Shown: in pieces, positions 12,850 to 25,789 of the stretch
How the letters are laid out: every line of letters begins with the position of its first letter
Numbering within the stretch: position 1 is the stretch's first letter
From: Eledone cirrhosa
Lineage: Eukaryota
Assembly (NCBI GenBank): GCA_964016885.1
Contig: OZ024740.1
Location: 399,404,001 to 399,468,000 of the forward strand
DNA length: 64,000 nucleotides
Direction of reading: 5' to 3'
Made by a program: the position numbers and the translations under genes
Notes under the pieces: generated by a model
The model's input: only the letters and a program-made list of their open reading frames with translations
Database searches by the model: none
Told to the model about the DNA's origin: nothing

Positions 12850-15270
12850 ACTTGCTGCTTTGATCTTGTGCAGATATCTCTTCAATGTCATGTGATGATG
12901 GGAAAGCAGTAACGGTATACAGACCTAACGAGTTAGAGGTATGCAGTTAGTAATCTACATACAGGCAGCTTAAGGTTTATCTAACATTGTTACCAGTTTT
13001 CAGAATAGGAACTGGCTTGGGTGGAGTCTTTTGTGACTGAGGAGCCCTTGTAAGGGAAAACTGCTCATCCAAATCTTGGGAGAGGTCTAGAAAAGGTGGT
13101 CCAAGCATTGTTTGTTCCACCATCAAGCTGGTCAGCTACACGCAACTGATGGCTGTTCATACCAGCAGAAAAACAAGAATAGTAATTTTCAAAAGAATAG
13201 AATTGCACTGAATGTCGCCACATGGAATATTAGAACATTTCTTGGCAGGGAATCATCCAGAAATACAAAACACAGGACTGCTATTGTTGGCAGAGAATTG
13301 AACAGGTATAATATTGATATAGCTGTACTCCCTGAAACCTGTCTTAGTGGGGAAAGTCATCTATCAGAGAGAGGTACTGGCTATACGTTCTTCTGGAAAG
13401 GGAAACCAAATGGGGAGAAAAGGAATGAAGGAGTAGTTTTTGCTGTCTGGACAGATCACAAAATGACTGGAGCAGCCACAAAGCATTAGTGATTGAATTA
13501 TGCATATAAGAATTCCTCTTTCAAGGGGACGTGTCACGACAGTCATTTCAGTGTAGGCCCCTACCCTGAACAGTAGCCAGGAATCAATTACTGTTTTTTA
13601 CCAAGATTTACGAGGGTGTATAAATTTGGAGAAGATCTTGCGTCCATGGGAAAGGATGACCACATCTGGAGTGTTTTAGGACGTCACAGCATAGGCAAGA
13701 TGAAAGCTAATGGTCTTCTTTTGCAATTATGCACTGATTTTGAGCTGGTCATGTGCAATACTTTTTTTCAGCAAAAGGAGATCCACAAGGCAACATGGAT
13801 ACACCCAAGATCCAAACATGGACACATCTTGGATTGTACCATCTCCAGGAAGGGAGACCTCCAGGATATCTGCTCTGAAAGAGTAGTGCATGGTGTAGAA
13901 TGTGATACAAACCACAAACTTGTACGTGGCAAGATGACAGTGCAGATCAGAAGAAAATTGAGGGCAGCAGGGGTACAAGTGCCAAATTTGTATAGATGTA
14001 TCCAAACTGCAAAGTTTAGAAATGCAAGATGCTCTTCAAAATGCACTTAACAATGTCGTCTTTGATGGAACTTGGGAATAGTTTAAAACACAGTTTACAA
14101 TGTTGTGGCTGATGTACTTGGTATTAAGACAAAATACAGAGACTGGTTTGATGATAATGATGCTGCAATCACCATGCTCATTGAAGAGAACAAGCTGTAT
14201 GAGAAGTGCCTTGTTGCAGAGGGTCCAGTGAGGACCAATTTTGAGAAAGTTTTCAAAGAAGCAAAATCAAAACTGCAATATAAAACATGAAAGATAAAGA
14301 ATATCTGGTGGTCTGAAGTTTCGGCAGAAATGCAGAGGGCTTATAACTGCAGAGACTTGTTTTGGGTCCACAGCCCTCAAAAATAGCACCAATGAAGTCA
14401 AGAGTTGGGAACATCCTCATAAAAAATCCAGCAGGAATCATGAGTTGGTGCACTGAACACTTTAAAGATCTATTTGACAAACCATCTGTAGTTGATGAGG
14501 AAATTATTAATGGACTGTCGTAAAGGGAGGCTGTAACAGAGATGATGAATGATCCAACCTTTAATGAGTTAAACATAGGGAAATCTCCAGGTTTGAGCTG
14601 ATTCGCTTTGGAGGAGACAATGTTGCTATGGCCATTCATGGGCTAGTCTTATCTATATGGCATGGTGAGTCTGTCATGCAGGACTGGGTAGATGTAATTT
14701 TGCTCTTGATTTACAAGGGCAAGGGCTCCAAGTCGGAATGCAGTGATTATTGTGGTATAAGTCTGCTCGAATCGGTAGGAAATGTCTTATCTAAGGATTT
14801 ACTGAATCGTCTGATAAAATGGGTCTGCCCTGGTGCCATCCTTGAGACTCAGTGTGGATTTGGAGCTGGATACATAAACCTGTCAGCTTAAGGAGAAGTG
14901 TGTTGAGCAGCAAATGCCACTATACCAAGTATTTGTAGATCTTAACAAAGTCTTTGATACTATTAATCATAGTGCATTGTGGGTCATATTGGGGAAACTT
15001 GGATGCTCTCAAGAATTTGTTGGAATATTAAAAAAACTCCAGCAAAATATGAAAGCAAAAGTGAACTTCAATGGGACACTTTCAGAGCCAATTTCAGTGA
15101 AAAATGGTGTCAAGCAAGGTGACATACTCGCACCCACACTGTTCTCCATCTACTTTGCCATGCTGCTGTCATATGCCTTCCAAGACTTCGAAATCGATGT
15201 ATACTTGCGAATTAGAACCTCTGACAAAGCCTTTAATCTAAGACAGTTTAACACCAAGTCTAATTGTTAG
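12850..15270 (+). mobile_element. RTE (BovB-like) LINE, decayed
   Basis: ATWNIRT, GYTFFWKG, TWIHPRSKH, FVDLNKVFD and GVKQGDILAPTLF in shifted frames. Confidence 0.85.
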
Positions 15271-15354
15271 TAAGTCAACAGGTGGTAAATACAGAATAAA
15301 TTAATACATTACATGAAAATATCACACAAACTCTCTTCCTTTTAGTCTCAGAAA

Positions 15355-16310
15355 ATGAACAAGCTAACCATGCATCAGCATTGTCATGATAAAACGTAGA
15401 TTAGAAGAGATTGTGGAGATACTTGAGTGAAGATTTGTAGATATATGCTGTGTGTAAGAGGTAAGATGGAAAGGAACTTCAGAAAAACTCATCATGGGCA
15501 AGGAATATAGGTAACAGATCTGGATGGATAACAGTGATGGCATGAATGATGTAGGCATACTGACGTCAGAGAAATAAGTGGATATAGTACTTGAGATAGT
15601 AAAAGTTTGTTATAGGAAAACTAAATTTTGACTAGCTTTGTACAATGCAACACCTATAATATCTGGTAGAATTGACGAGATACTAAAAATATACGACTTG
15701 GAATGTTACATGCTAGTTGCGGGCACAATCAATAAACTAGTACAGGGTGATGTCATACCAATCACTGGTAAAGCAGTATGATCATCAACTGTTACAAGGA
15801 CAAAGAAGATGCATGACAGAAATGTAAATATAGAGGCATCAAGTTGAAGGATCATGTCAAGAAAGTTATTGAAAGATTTATAGTGTAACTGATTAAAGGC
15901 AAAATTAAGTTAGATAAGATGTATGTTGGCTTTATGCCAGGAAGAGGTACTACTGATGCCTCTTCCTTGTGAAACAACTGAAGAAGTACTTAACTAAGAG
16001 TTTGCCTCTGTATCTAGCATTTATTGATCTAGAGAAGGTCTTTGACAGAGTTCTCTGTAATCTAGTGGACACTAAAGAAGTTAGAAGGCTTGTGAAGGCC
16101 ATACAAGCCATATATAAAGGGGCAGCCAACAAGATGAGAGTTAGCTATGAGTATGCAGGTAGAGGTCCACTAGGGTTCATTCCTCAGTTCCCTTTCATTG
16201 ATCATTGCACTTCAGGTTGTAACAGAAGACTTTTAGACTGGCTTCCCATTGGAATTCCTGTATGCTGATGACTTAGTTCTTATAGCTGAATCTGTAGAAG
16301 AGTTCATCAT
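15355..16310 (+). mobile_element. RTE LINE remnant (highly deleted)
   Basis: LYLAFIDLEKVFDRV and (W)EFLYADDL; homologous to the 44.3-48.1 kb element. Confidence 0.75.
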
Positions 16311-17019
16311 CTCCATTTAATGTCCATTTTTCCTTCTAGCAAGAGTTGGATGGGTCTACACAGACAAACAGGTCAGTGGTGTCTGCTTCTCACTTACGTA
16401 TGATCTCAAGTACTACTAAGTGCACAGGAGAGGTTGTCATGTTTTTGAAACAACTGAAGGGTCCTCCTAAACCTTTGTTTGGCAAACTTTCCATTGTTGG
16501 ATGCCCTTCCAACAGCAGGATGCCTCTTCTGTTACCAACCACCTTACAGAGTGTACTGGGTGCATTTTGTGGTACCAATGCTAGAGAAGTTGTAAGTCCA
16601 TGTCCCAATGGAAGAGTCACCGCCTGTGGAGCGTGGAGCAATAAGAAGGAGATAAATATGAAGTTATGGCAAGTATGGTGATTTGACAGGGTGATAAGTG
16701 GGGAAGGGGATACAGTGGTGTGAACACATAAGAATGGCATTCACCAGTTCCAGGAAGTGGAGGTGTAGAGATGGAGAGAATAGCTAAGGATCAATAGTCA
16801 AAGGTGTAGGGATGGGTGCATAAAGGTGACACAAGTAGCTACTAGGGTGCGATAGTGAGGGCTTTAGAGGGGGCAGTAGCTAAAGAGTGAATGCTGGAGG
16901 GGGAATGGATGGAGTGAGGTATGCAATTATAGTGAGGATAGCTGCTTGAGAGTGCTAGTAGAAGTTGGGAACACAGGGATAAGTCAGGTCACATTGTATG
17001 CTGTTGGTTGGGTCTCTGC

Positions 17020-17950
17020 CAGCACAGCATAGTGCCACTCCTTGTAGTTCTTTGTCATCTCTGTTGTGAGGTTCAGTTTTTTTAAGGTTAGTCTTCACAA
17101 CCTCATCCCATGTCTTTCTGGGTCTGCCTCTTCCATGGGTCCAAGCCACTGAAGTTTGTCTGCATTTTTTTCATGCAGCTGCTATCTTCCATACACATCA
17201 CATGTCCATATTAACGCAGCACACCACATCCAATGCCTCTTATGCCATGTTATTCACCCAGTTTGCTTATATGTTATAGCCCATGCACACTACAATTACA
17301 TATCCATCAGAGCACACTTGATTTGTTTCTTTCTAGCCTCTGCAGGTCTTCTGTAGACAAGGTTCATGTAGCACTGCAGTGACACACAAGCATCATACAG
17401 TCTACCCTTCACTCTGAGAGAAAGCCTTTTGTTCCAAAAGCAGTAACAGCTCTACAAACTTCTTCCAGCCTGTTCTTGACCTAGCTATCACACTTTCAGC
17501 ACATCCTCACCGACTGTTAGAGATGAAATTCCGGATATGAAAGCACAACCAGGAATCAAAATGCTTGAAAGTAAACCTAACAAAGTCTAAAGTTTTAATA
17601 AGCTGGAAAGAAGACAGGACTCTGATACCATCAGGCAAAATGCCCTGCTTAATATTCAGAAAAGAAATGAGCAGAAACTCCATATAGTGCATGCAGTGTA
17701 AACTATGGATGTAAGAGAGGTAGTGAAATTATGTTTCCATTAACAGGTAAACTTTGTATGAAGCAGATACACAGGAGCAAGAAACCCTAGCAGTATACAT
17801 GAAATAGTCTCAAATGCTCATGTGGCTCCCTAGAGGTTATTGACAGCTTTTGTTACCTAGATGACCTAATTTGCAGTGGAGGTGGGAGCTAGAGTAAGAA
17901 TCAGTAAAAAAAGTTACAGTACACTCTATGAAGAGGTTGGCATATGATTG
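17020..17950. mobile_element. RTE 3' remnants in both orientations
   Basis: GRGRPRKTWDEVVK on the minus strand; decayed PHD-like region on the plus strand. Confidence 0.65.
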
Positions 17951-18721
17951 GCAACAGCATTGGGTAGAGTGGGCTCTTCAGCCTAGTCATGAATAGTGTC
18001 ATGCTAAAATGTATCTAGTACATGTTGTGAAGTGGTTGGCATTAAGATGGACATGGAACCATAGAAACCAACCCCAAAAGAGTAGATAGGACTCTTCAGT
18101 CACTTTAAGGATATGATAACCTCTCTAGTGCTGGTGTTATGATAAAATGAACCCAGTAAAATGGCTGGCATTAAGAAGGGCAACCAGCTGTAGAAGGTAT
18201 TCCAAAATTGGAATATATATATGTCAGACATGGTTCCACTGGAGCATCAAGAAGACAGTAGCTGTGATTAAATAGTGATTTAGTCAGTAACAAAACGTCC
18301 AATCCATGCCAGCATAGAAAATTGGATGTATGGTGATGATCATGATGAAAGAGCTAACCCACCAACCAAAAAACAAGGCTCTTTCATTGGGATGTAGACA
18401 ACATCAACTTGGTAGTCACATGTATTTACATCATACATGAAGTAGCATTTAATAGCAAGGAACAAAACAAAGTATAAAATAAAAGCTAGATCAATGCTAA
18501 TTAAATGAATGCGATCATTCTTGAAATTGTCAAATACCAAGATTTTACTTGTCAGTTTTATTAGTGATATGAATAAATGGATAGGTGACACTTGATCATT
18601 TAAATCAGCAGCAATTTTCCAAGTAACCGCACTAAAACTGATATTTCTTTTCAAATATCAGTTCCATTTGGCAGATCTAGGCTTTTGATGGGTGGTGGTA
18701 TATATGCCAAAAGTTATGTTC

Positions 18722-18782
18722 TTATATAAAGGAAGATGAGTTCAGTGATGTATCAGAGCCCTTCCTTTGTAAATGTATGGTT
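18722..18782 (-). CDS. Host gene, last coding exon (..S-TIHLQRKGSDTSLNSSSFI*)
   Basis: Acceptor TTTCTCTTTTTCAG. Phase 2 matches the 19802 donor. TAA at 18724-18722, followed by unique UTR-like sequence. Confidence 0.75.
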
Positions 18783-19801
18783 CTGAAAAAGAGAAATTAT
18801 AAATGAAATTTATATATAAGAAAAGAAAAATGGTAAAGATTAAGGGCATTAATATCCATCTGTTCAAAATGGTTAGTTGTTATGTAGCCTCTGGTTAACC
18901 TTGATTCAAGAGACCTATAATCAAAAGTATTTCAGCTTTCAGTTAAATTGTCCATATAGAAATTCATTATTCAATATGTCCTTTTTTAAAAATAATAGTA
19001 TGACTTAGGGGAAATGTGACTGCTATTGCAAGCAGGTTAAGCAAATGCATTGAGTCTCGCCTGGTGGCTTGAATGTTTAGACACATAGTCATTGGATGCT
19101 TTATATCAATACATTTTATCATATAAAATACATATCATACTGTCCAAAAAAAAACAACAACAAAAAAACAAGCTCAAGTTCATTAAGTCAGTAATGATAA
19201 AGATTTGAGTAGTAATAGGTGGCTGATTCAGTATAATATCAGACTACCAGATAAAGACTTGTTGGTTCATATACTGTCCCACTCACTGAACAATGCTTAT
19301 ACCCAAGACAACTCTTACTCTTCCCACCATCACCCTACCACAGGAACCAGCAAAAATATAGTTATAATTGTTTAAATCCCAGTCAATTTGGATAGAGCAG
19401 ATCTATTATCAAAAGCATTCTAGTCATGACCATTCTGTCTTAAAACATTCATAACGAAACTAATGTATGTTTATTGTACATAAATATATGTATGCCTTCA
19501 TATACACCCCTATTATGAATCACACAATGTTAGTACTACTGCTAATCAAATTAACCTCCACTAATAAGATGCAAATAAGTACGATTTCAGTGTTCATTTC
19601 AAGTTCTATAGAGCTTAAGAAGTTAACAGCAATTCACTTCAATGTGTTTTTTCATAAAAATCCTCTTGATGCTTCATACACACAAGTGATATCACATGAG
19701 ATGTCTATGACTAAATAACAAAATAATACATGATACTGTTTCAAGTGTGTATCATGAGGAAGAAAAATAAGGGAATAAAATCATGTTGTCATGTAACTTA
19801 C

Positions 19802-19905
19802 GAGAAGTCCATATTCAAGTTTTCTTTGCTGGTATACATTGTCTTAGACCGTTGCTTCTTCTTGCGGACAGGAGCTATTGGAGGAGGCATCAGACTTGAT
19901 GCTCC
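19802..19905 (-). CDS. Host gene exon (GASSLMPPPIAPVRKKKQRSKTMYTSKENLNMDFS)
   Basis: Acceptor TTTATTTTGAAG, donor GTAAGT, 104 nt, phase 0 to 2, open frame. Confidence 0.8.
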
Positions 19906-20023
19906 CTTCAAAATAAATAAACAAACAAAAAAGAGAAAAAGGGAAAGTAGAGATGATTATAATAAATACTAAACTTGCATATATACAATCAACATGTTTC
20001 TGGGCCATTACCTATATATAAAT

Positions 20024-20052
<29 letters not shown>

Positions 20053-20054
<2 letters not shown>

Positions 20055-20258
20055 GGAAAAGAGTCAGGACCCTGATGGCTGAGCTCCGGCCATTTCGACA
20101 GCTAAATCCGAATGGCGCTCGGATTTAGCTGTCGAAATGGCCGGAGCTCAGCCATCAGGGTCCTGACTCTTTTCCTACTACCCACTCTACTACCCTAAGT
20201 ATCGAGTACTCTGGTGTGTTATGGTCCACCTGGTTCCTTACCACACTTTCTTTGTTTT
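20053..20258. repeat. Perfect 59-bp inverted repeat with 7-nt loop and one-sided tail, inside (TA)n; Penelope-like truncated insertion
   Basis: 20053-20111 is the exact reverse complement of 20119-20177. A related copy lies at about 21304-21355. Confidence 0.8.
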
Positions 20259-20910
20259 ATATATATATATATATATCTCCATATGTGATTGACAGCTGAG
20301 AGAAAAGAGTACTCAATATCGAAGTAGAGTTTAAATATTCATTTTATAAAGGCTATATACTGAGTCTTGTTACTGTGTTTATCAGGGGGAAACACCAGAG
20401 TAACATGCCTTAATAAAATGAATATATATATTATATATATATATATATATTTGGAATGTAGTCCTCCCAATTCAGATGACTATAATAATAGTCGATTATA
20501 ATTAATAAATGAAGAGATGGAAAAATGTAGACAGAAGCACCTGCAAGGAATCAAACCACCATATCTCCCAGATGCTGAGTGAGAGTATTAACTATTATGT
20601 TAGGGAGTCCCTGGCCACTGATGTCAATTTTCTGAAGATTTTTCCAATGTTTCTTATGTCAACTGGATGTTTACATCTCCAGTTACAGGCTTAAAATCTT
20701 CTAAAAGATGGCAATCAGTGATTAGGGATTCGTTAGTATAATGGTTAATGCACTCACCCAACACACAAGTAGGGTACATTTCCTCACAGGTGCCTCTGTC
20801 CACTTTTTATATCTTACTATTCCTATGAGCAACATTCCTCCTCCTCTTCATTGTTTTATTGATCATTTTGCTTATGTTCATCCCTCTCTTTTCTTTGACC
20901 TTTTATCTAC

Positions 20911-21258
20911 AAAATCCTGACTTTTATATCATCACCATTTATGTCCATTTTTCCACAGTAGCATGGTTTAGATGGGTTGCTCCATTGTGAGACAAGCCAG
21001 GTTTAATGACCATGTCTTGCTCATACTGAACTGGTTTTTATGTCTGGATGCCCTTCCTAACACCAACCAGATTTACAGTGTATGCTGGGTGCTTTTTGTC
21101 GTGACATGCTTATGTTAGGAAGGGCATCCAGCTGTAGAAACTAAGTTCTGTAAGAGCAAGACCTGGTCATTGGACATGGCTTGTCTCACAATAGGGCAAC
21201 TCGTCTAATCCATGCTAGCATGGATGTTAAATGATGATGATATAAAAGTCAGGATTTT
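20911..21258. repeat. Foldback of two head-to-head RTE-type 3' tails
   Basis: 20911-21062 is complementary to 21113-21258; the outer 24 nt are a perfect match. Confidence 0.8.
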
Positions 21259-21361
21259 ACCAGTTTAAAAAGTAAGAATATTATTCAGCAAAGTCTGAAA
21301 TTTGCTGTCGAAATAGCAAGAGTTCAGCTGCCAGGCCCTGACTTTCTACTATATATATATA

Positions 21362-22002
21362 CTAGCAGTGGTTCCCGGCGTTGCATGGGATAAGGTATTT
21401 TGGAACGCGGGCCACCAACAGACCTAATCGTGGTAAAACTGCATGCCTGGACAATATGTAAAGAAAATAAACCGAATACTCTGATGGCTGGATAATCTAA
21501 GATTTTCCTCGATGAAGCAGGAAAAAGGCAGGTTTTCACCTAATGCAGGCCCTAGGGGATCAAGAAAATGAATTTTTTTTATGTGCATAATATGCCTTGA
21601 AATTTCGTGAAAATCGGCTAGACGTAATGCCTCAAAAGAGCCCTAAAAAGCTGAAAAAAATTAAGTTTTTCACCTAATGTGGGCTCTAGGCCATAAAAAA
21701 GTTGGATTTTCTTTGCTCACGGAATGAAGAAGAGACTAACTAATGCATAGTTACAATTTCAAGGAAATCGGTCTGACATAACGCCTCAAAAAAACCCTAA
21801 AAAGCTGGAAAAAACGCAGTTTTTCACTTAATGTGGGGATCAAAGAGTTGAATTTTTTTAATGTGCATAACACTCCCTGAAATATAAGTAATACACATGT
21901 AAAGTTTGAAAAAGATCGGTTGGGTACTTCTCGGGTTTCACACACACACACACACACACACACATACATCCTTCCTCAGTTTTATATATATACATATATA
22001 GA
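21362..22002 (-). mobile_element. Complete non-autonomous Helitron
   Basis: On the minus strand: A|TC 5' end (TCTATATATGTATATATATAAAACTG), (TG)n, internal repeats of about 135-155 bp, subterminal hairpin CCCATGCAACGCCGGG, and CTAG|T 3' end. Confidence 0.88.
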
Positions 22003-22003
22003 T

Positions 22004-22407
22004 TAAAATAACAGATTAAAGTTTAAGCAAAGAATCGTTGCTTTCACCCTTAACGGGATTTTCTGAAACTAAAACATCAATCTGTGAACGCAGGAGTAAA
22101 TATTTCGAAAAATGTTGCAACTGAAGGCAAACAGGAAGACGATACTTTGGTTCGTGAAGACGTTCCCTGGCAATGAACGGTTAATAGCGAACATAATGTT
22201 CGTCAGAATGTCGTAATGCAGACAGACAGATATTATAAGAGCGCGACGGAGATGGATAACCGGCGCCTAACACCTCTTTAACAACAGAAAATTGAAAAAA
22301 AGCTGCAGTTAGTATCTTTAGACCGCAAGGAATGTATAAATGCAAGTTTGAAGTCAATCGGAGTAGAAATGTGGATTTGTATAGATTTTGCAAAAATGAG
22401 GACACAG

Positions 22408-22438
<31 letters not shown>

Positions 22439-22460
22439 ACATCAGTTTTATACATATAGA
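22004..22460 (-). mobile_element. 5' part of a second Helitron-like element
   Basis: A|TCTATATGTATAAAACTG followed by (TG)n; no 3' CTAG end found. Confidence 0.6.
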
Positions 22461-22509
22461 TGTATCTATATATATGCACTAACTCACATGTACACACACA
22501 CATATGTGT

Positions 22510-23260
22510 GTGTAAGTGTTAGTAAGATAGGACTCTGATATTATCAAAGAAATGACCTTGATCGGCATGCAGAAAAGGAGTAAACAGCAATTCCATACAT
22601 TGTACCCAGTGTAACCTCTGGACTCATAAGAGGTGTACTGGTGTTGTAGGCAAATTGGCAGAAAAGGTAAATACACTGGAGTAGTTAGCACTAAGAGCAT
22701 ACACAAAGTGCTACCTAGATAATCTCACCAGTAGTGATGGTAGATGTACCAAAAGCATAGAAGCCAGGGTAAAAATGAGCTGGAAACGTTCAGGGAGCTG
22801 TTACTTCTGTTAGCAACAAATTTTTTTTTCTCTCAAAGTGAAAGGCAGACTATATGATGTATATGTAGAAATGGTGATCCTGAATTATAGTGAAACCTCG
22901 GTCATGAATGCAGATCTGAGGTGGCTAAAAAGAAATAAGGCAAGCACACTCTGCTGGGTGTATAATGGTAGTGTACATAAATGAAGGAGCATGGGGAGTT
23001 GAGAGGAAAGATAGGTATAAAAGGAATCAGTTGAAGTATATAAGAAAAAATGCTGTGTTGGTTTGGACATGTAATGTGTATGGAGAATGTTAGTTGTATA
23101 AAGAAGTGCCAAGCACTTGAAATTGATGGAACCTATGAAAGAGGTAGACTTAGGAAGATATGGGATGATGTGGGGAAAGCTGACCTCAAGAAGCTGAAGC
23201 TCTCAACAGAAATGACAAAGGGCCGAAATAATTGGTGGCAAATGGTGCAGGGCATCTTGC
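22510..23260 (+). mobile_element. RTE 3' remnant
   Basis: WFGHVMCM...RGRLRKIWDD. Confidence 0.75.
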
Positions 23261-23774
23261 ATTCGTTAAATCTTCTCTTAATCTGCCATTTTGCTACAGA
23301 CTCCCTCCTATTCTCTTGACTGTCCTATCAACTGTATCTCATGACTCACTAACATTTTGCAAAGTCTGTAACACACTGCCCACAAAACTAGAAGTAGTTT
23401 GAAATCTGTCAGACTCCTCCTGCACTCTGATACTCACCTACACACCCACCAACCTCTTTATTCACTGTGATGATACCCACATAAAGAGGGATAGTTTCAA
23501 TTCTCCAAATATCTGATCCCTTTCCACTGCCTCCAATCTTATGATATACCCCCTCCTCCACAATTTTCTGAGTATTCAATCATCATCTGCTCAAGATCAC
23601 TTCTAACAACATCCATCACTGCCCAACACAAGTTCTTACCCTGCCTATGCCTCCTTCTGGCTTTCAGTAACACAAATATAGCAACTACAGTTCCTTGTAT
23701 GCTCCCTCTTCCATCATCCTTGTCCACCTCCACCCTTTGCTGTTTCTATGACCTGATGAGGTCACAGTGGCCTC

Positions 23775-23916
23775 TAGTGTTGGTGCCATGATAACATTCA
23801 CCCAATACACTCTGTAAAGTGGTAGTGCTGGTGGCATAATAAAATGCACCCAGTACACTGTAAGTGGTAAAATTGGTGCCATGATAAAATGCTCTCAGTA
23901 CACTCTGTAAAGTGGT
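23775..23916 (+). repeat. Three degenerate units of about 45-55 bp of an RTE/SINE tail module
   Basis: GTGCCATGATAAAATGCACCCAGTACACTCTGTAAAGTGG-like units. Confidence 0.7.
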
Positions 23917-24039
23917 TTGCATTGTGTAGGAGTGGTCTCAGTTGACCTGACTAATCTTGAACCGTGACATCCCATCTCACCTATACCAGCATTGAAAGCA
24001 GATGTAAAATGATGATTTATATATATCATTATTAGCATT

Positions 24040-24540
24040 GTTTTTAAGTCTGATTTTCCACGCTTGCATGGATCGGACAGGTCCTTTTCAGCATAGTATC
24101 TCTCCACTCACCGTGCTCCTTGGTCATCTACTCAGCAATTTGAGATCAGCTCTCACCACCTCTGCCCAGGTCTTCCTCTACTGTGGCTTCCCTCCAATAG
24201 AATTTCATAGAACTTCTTCATCCAGCGATCATTATCCATGTACATCATATGTCCAGACCAATGCACTCTTCTCCCTCAGTTCATTCAAGCTCTGCCTTTC
24301 TTTCACATTTACATTGCACATCCAATGAAACATGGTTGCTTCATTTCTCTCCAGTCTATGCATGCCCTCTGTAGTCACTGCCCATGTTTCACTGCCATGC
24401 AACATAACACTTTGTACACAGGTGTCATACTGTCGTTCTTTTGTATGTAGGGAGAAACCTTTTGTTATCAACAGTTGGTGTAGATCTCTAAACTTCTTCC
24501 ATCCTATCCTTATTCTTGCTAATATGGTCTCATTTAACAT
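24040..24540 (-). mobile_element. RTE 3' remnant
   Basis: GWKKFRDL...MLHGSETW...RLERNE. Confidence 0.78.
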
Positions 24541-25789
24541 ATTTTTCTTGGTAGCAAAGATACAACAGGTTGTCGCAGACCAAGTCAGAACTTACTCAGA
24601 GCCTCAGATCTTTCAGATGGGATGGGACATCATCTCACAAAGTGTACTGTGCACTTTATCATCTCAACAGTACTAGAAAAGTTGTCATGTCCTGATATAA
24701 TTGAAGAGTTCTCTCTGCCCTTTGTTTGGCAAGTTTTCTAAAGTTAAATGCCCTTCCTATCACCAACCACCTTCCAGATTGTACTGGGTGCATTTTATCA
24801 TGTCACAAACAGAAGAGAGGTTTTCATATATACACATACACTAATATCCTACCTAATTATGGATAGAGTATTAGTGTATGTGTATATGTATATATAACTG
24901 TTAGAACTTAATGTGGATATGAATATCTCATCAAAACAAGGTGAAATCTGTTTTTGGGGAAGATGGTATCATTATATGTTGTTGAATATTTGAAGAGCTA
25001 TAGTGTGAAATATATATACTGAACAATGAAAACAAAAAAGACAAGGTTCAATGTTTAATCAATCCATTGATTTATGATTGTTTCAAATGGTGAAATGAAC
25101 CATGATGAACAATGAGATGGATATATTCTATTGAGGCTAATAATATTGAGTTACATAACAGCTATTGATCAGTCAATATATTAATATTATCATCATACAT
25201 TTCACCCTTTGGAATGACCATAAAACAATGGATTAATTAAACGGTGAAACTCATCTTTTTGATTTTCATTGTTCAACCGATATACATACACACATATCAT
25301 TTTATATTTGCCTTCCATGCTGTCATGGGTTGAACAGGTCATTACAGTCCAAGAAAAATTGTATTCAGGGTTACTGCTCCCCTAGATAAGACATAGTGTT
25401 ATGTCTTACTTAGCACAGTCTCTAGGGTTGGATGCCTTTCATAATACCAACTACAGAGTATAGTTAGTGCAGTTTATCACTGCATCAGCACAAGAGAGGT
25501 TTCTATGTCCCCCAGCAGGACTAAAATGCCCTCTTAAACCTTTTTCATCTAACACTTTGTACAGTGTACTGGGTGCATTTTATAGTGGCTCCAACACCAA
25601 AGAGGTTGAAAAGTCTTTGACAAGGCTAATGGGGCTTCTCTACCCTTTGTTGTCTTCATTTGTGCATCACCACTTTATGATGGGTGCTGTGTGAGCCCCA
25701 TCAATACTAGAGAGGTTGGCTCATCTACAGCAGCCTAAAAAGTCTTCTCTACTCCAGGTATTTGCTGATACTTCACCATATTTACTTAC

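Noticed and set aside
21260-21355. Hammerhead in the relative of the 20053 palindrome (CAGCAAA/TTTGCTG stem before GAAA)
   Set aside because: The CUGANGA box is absent or degenerate.
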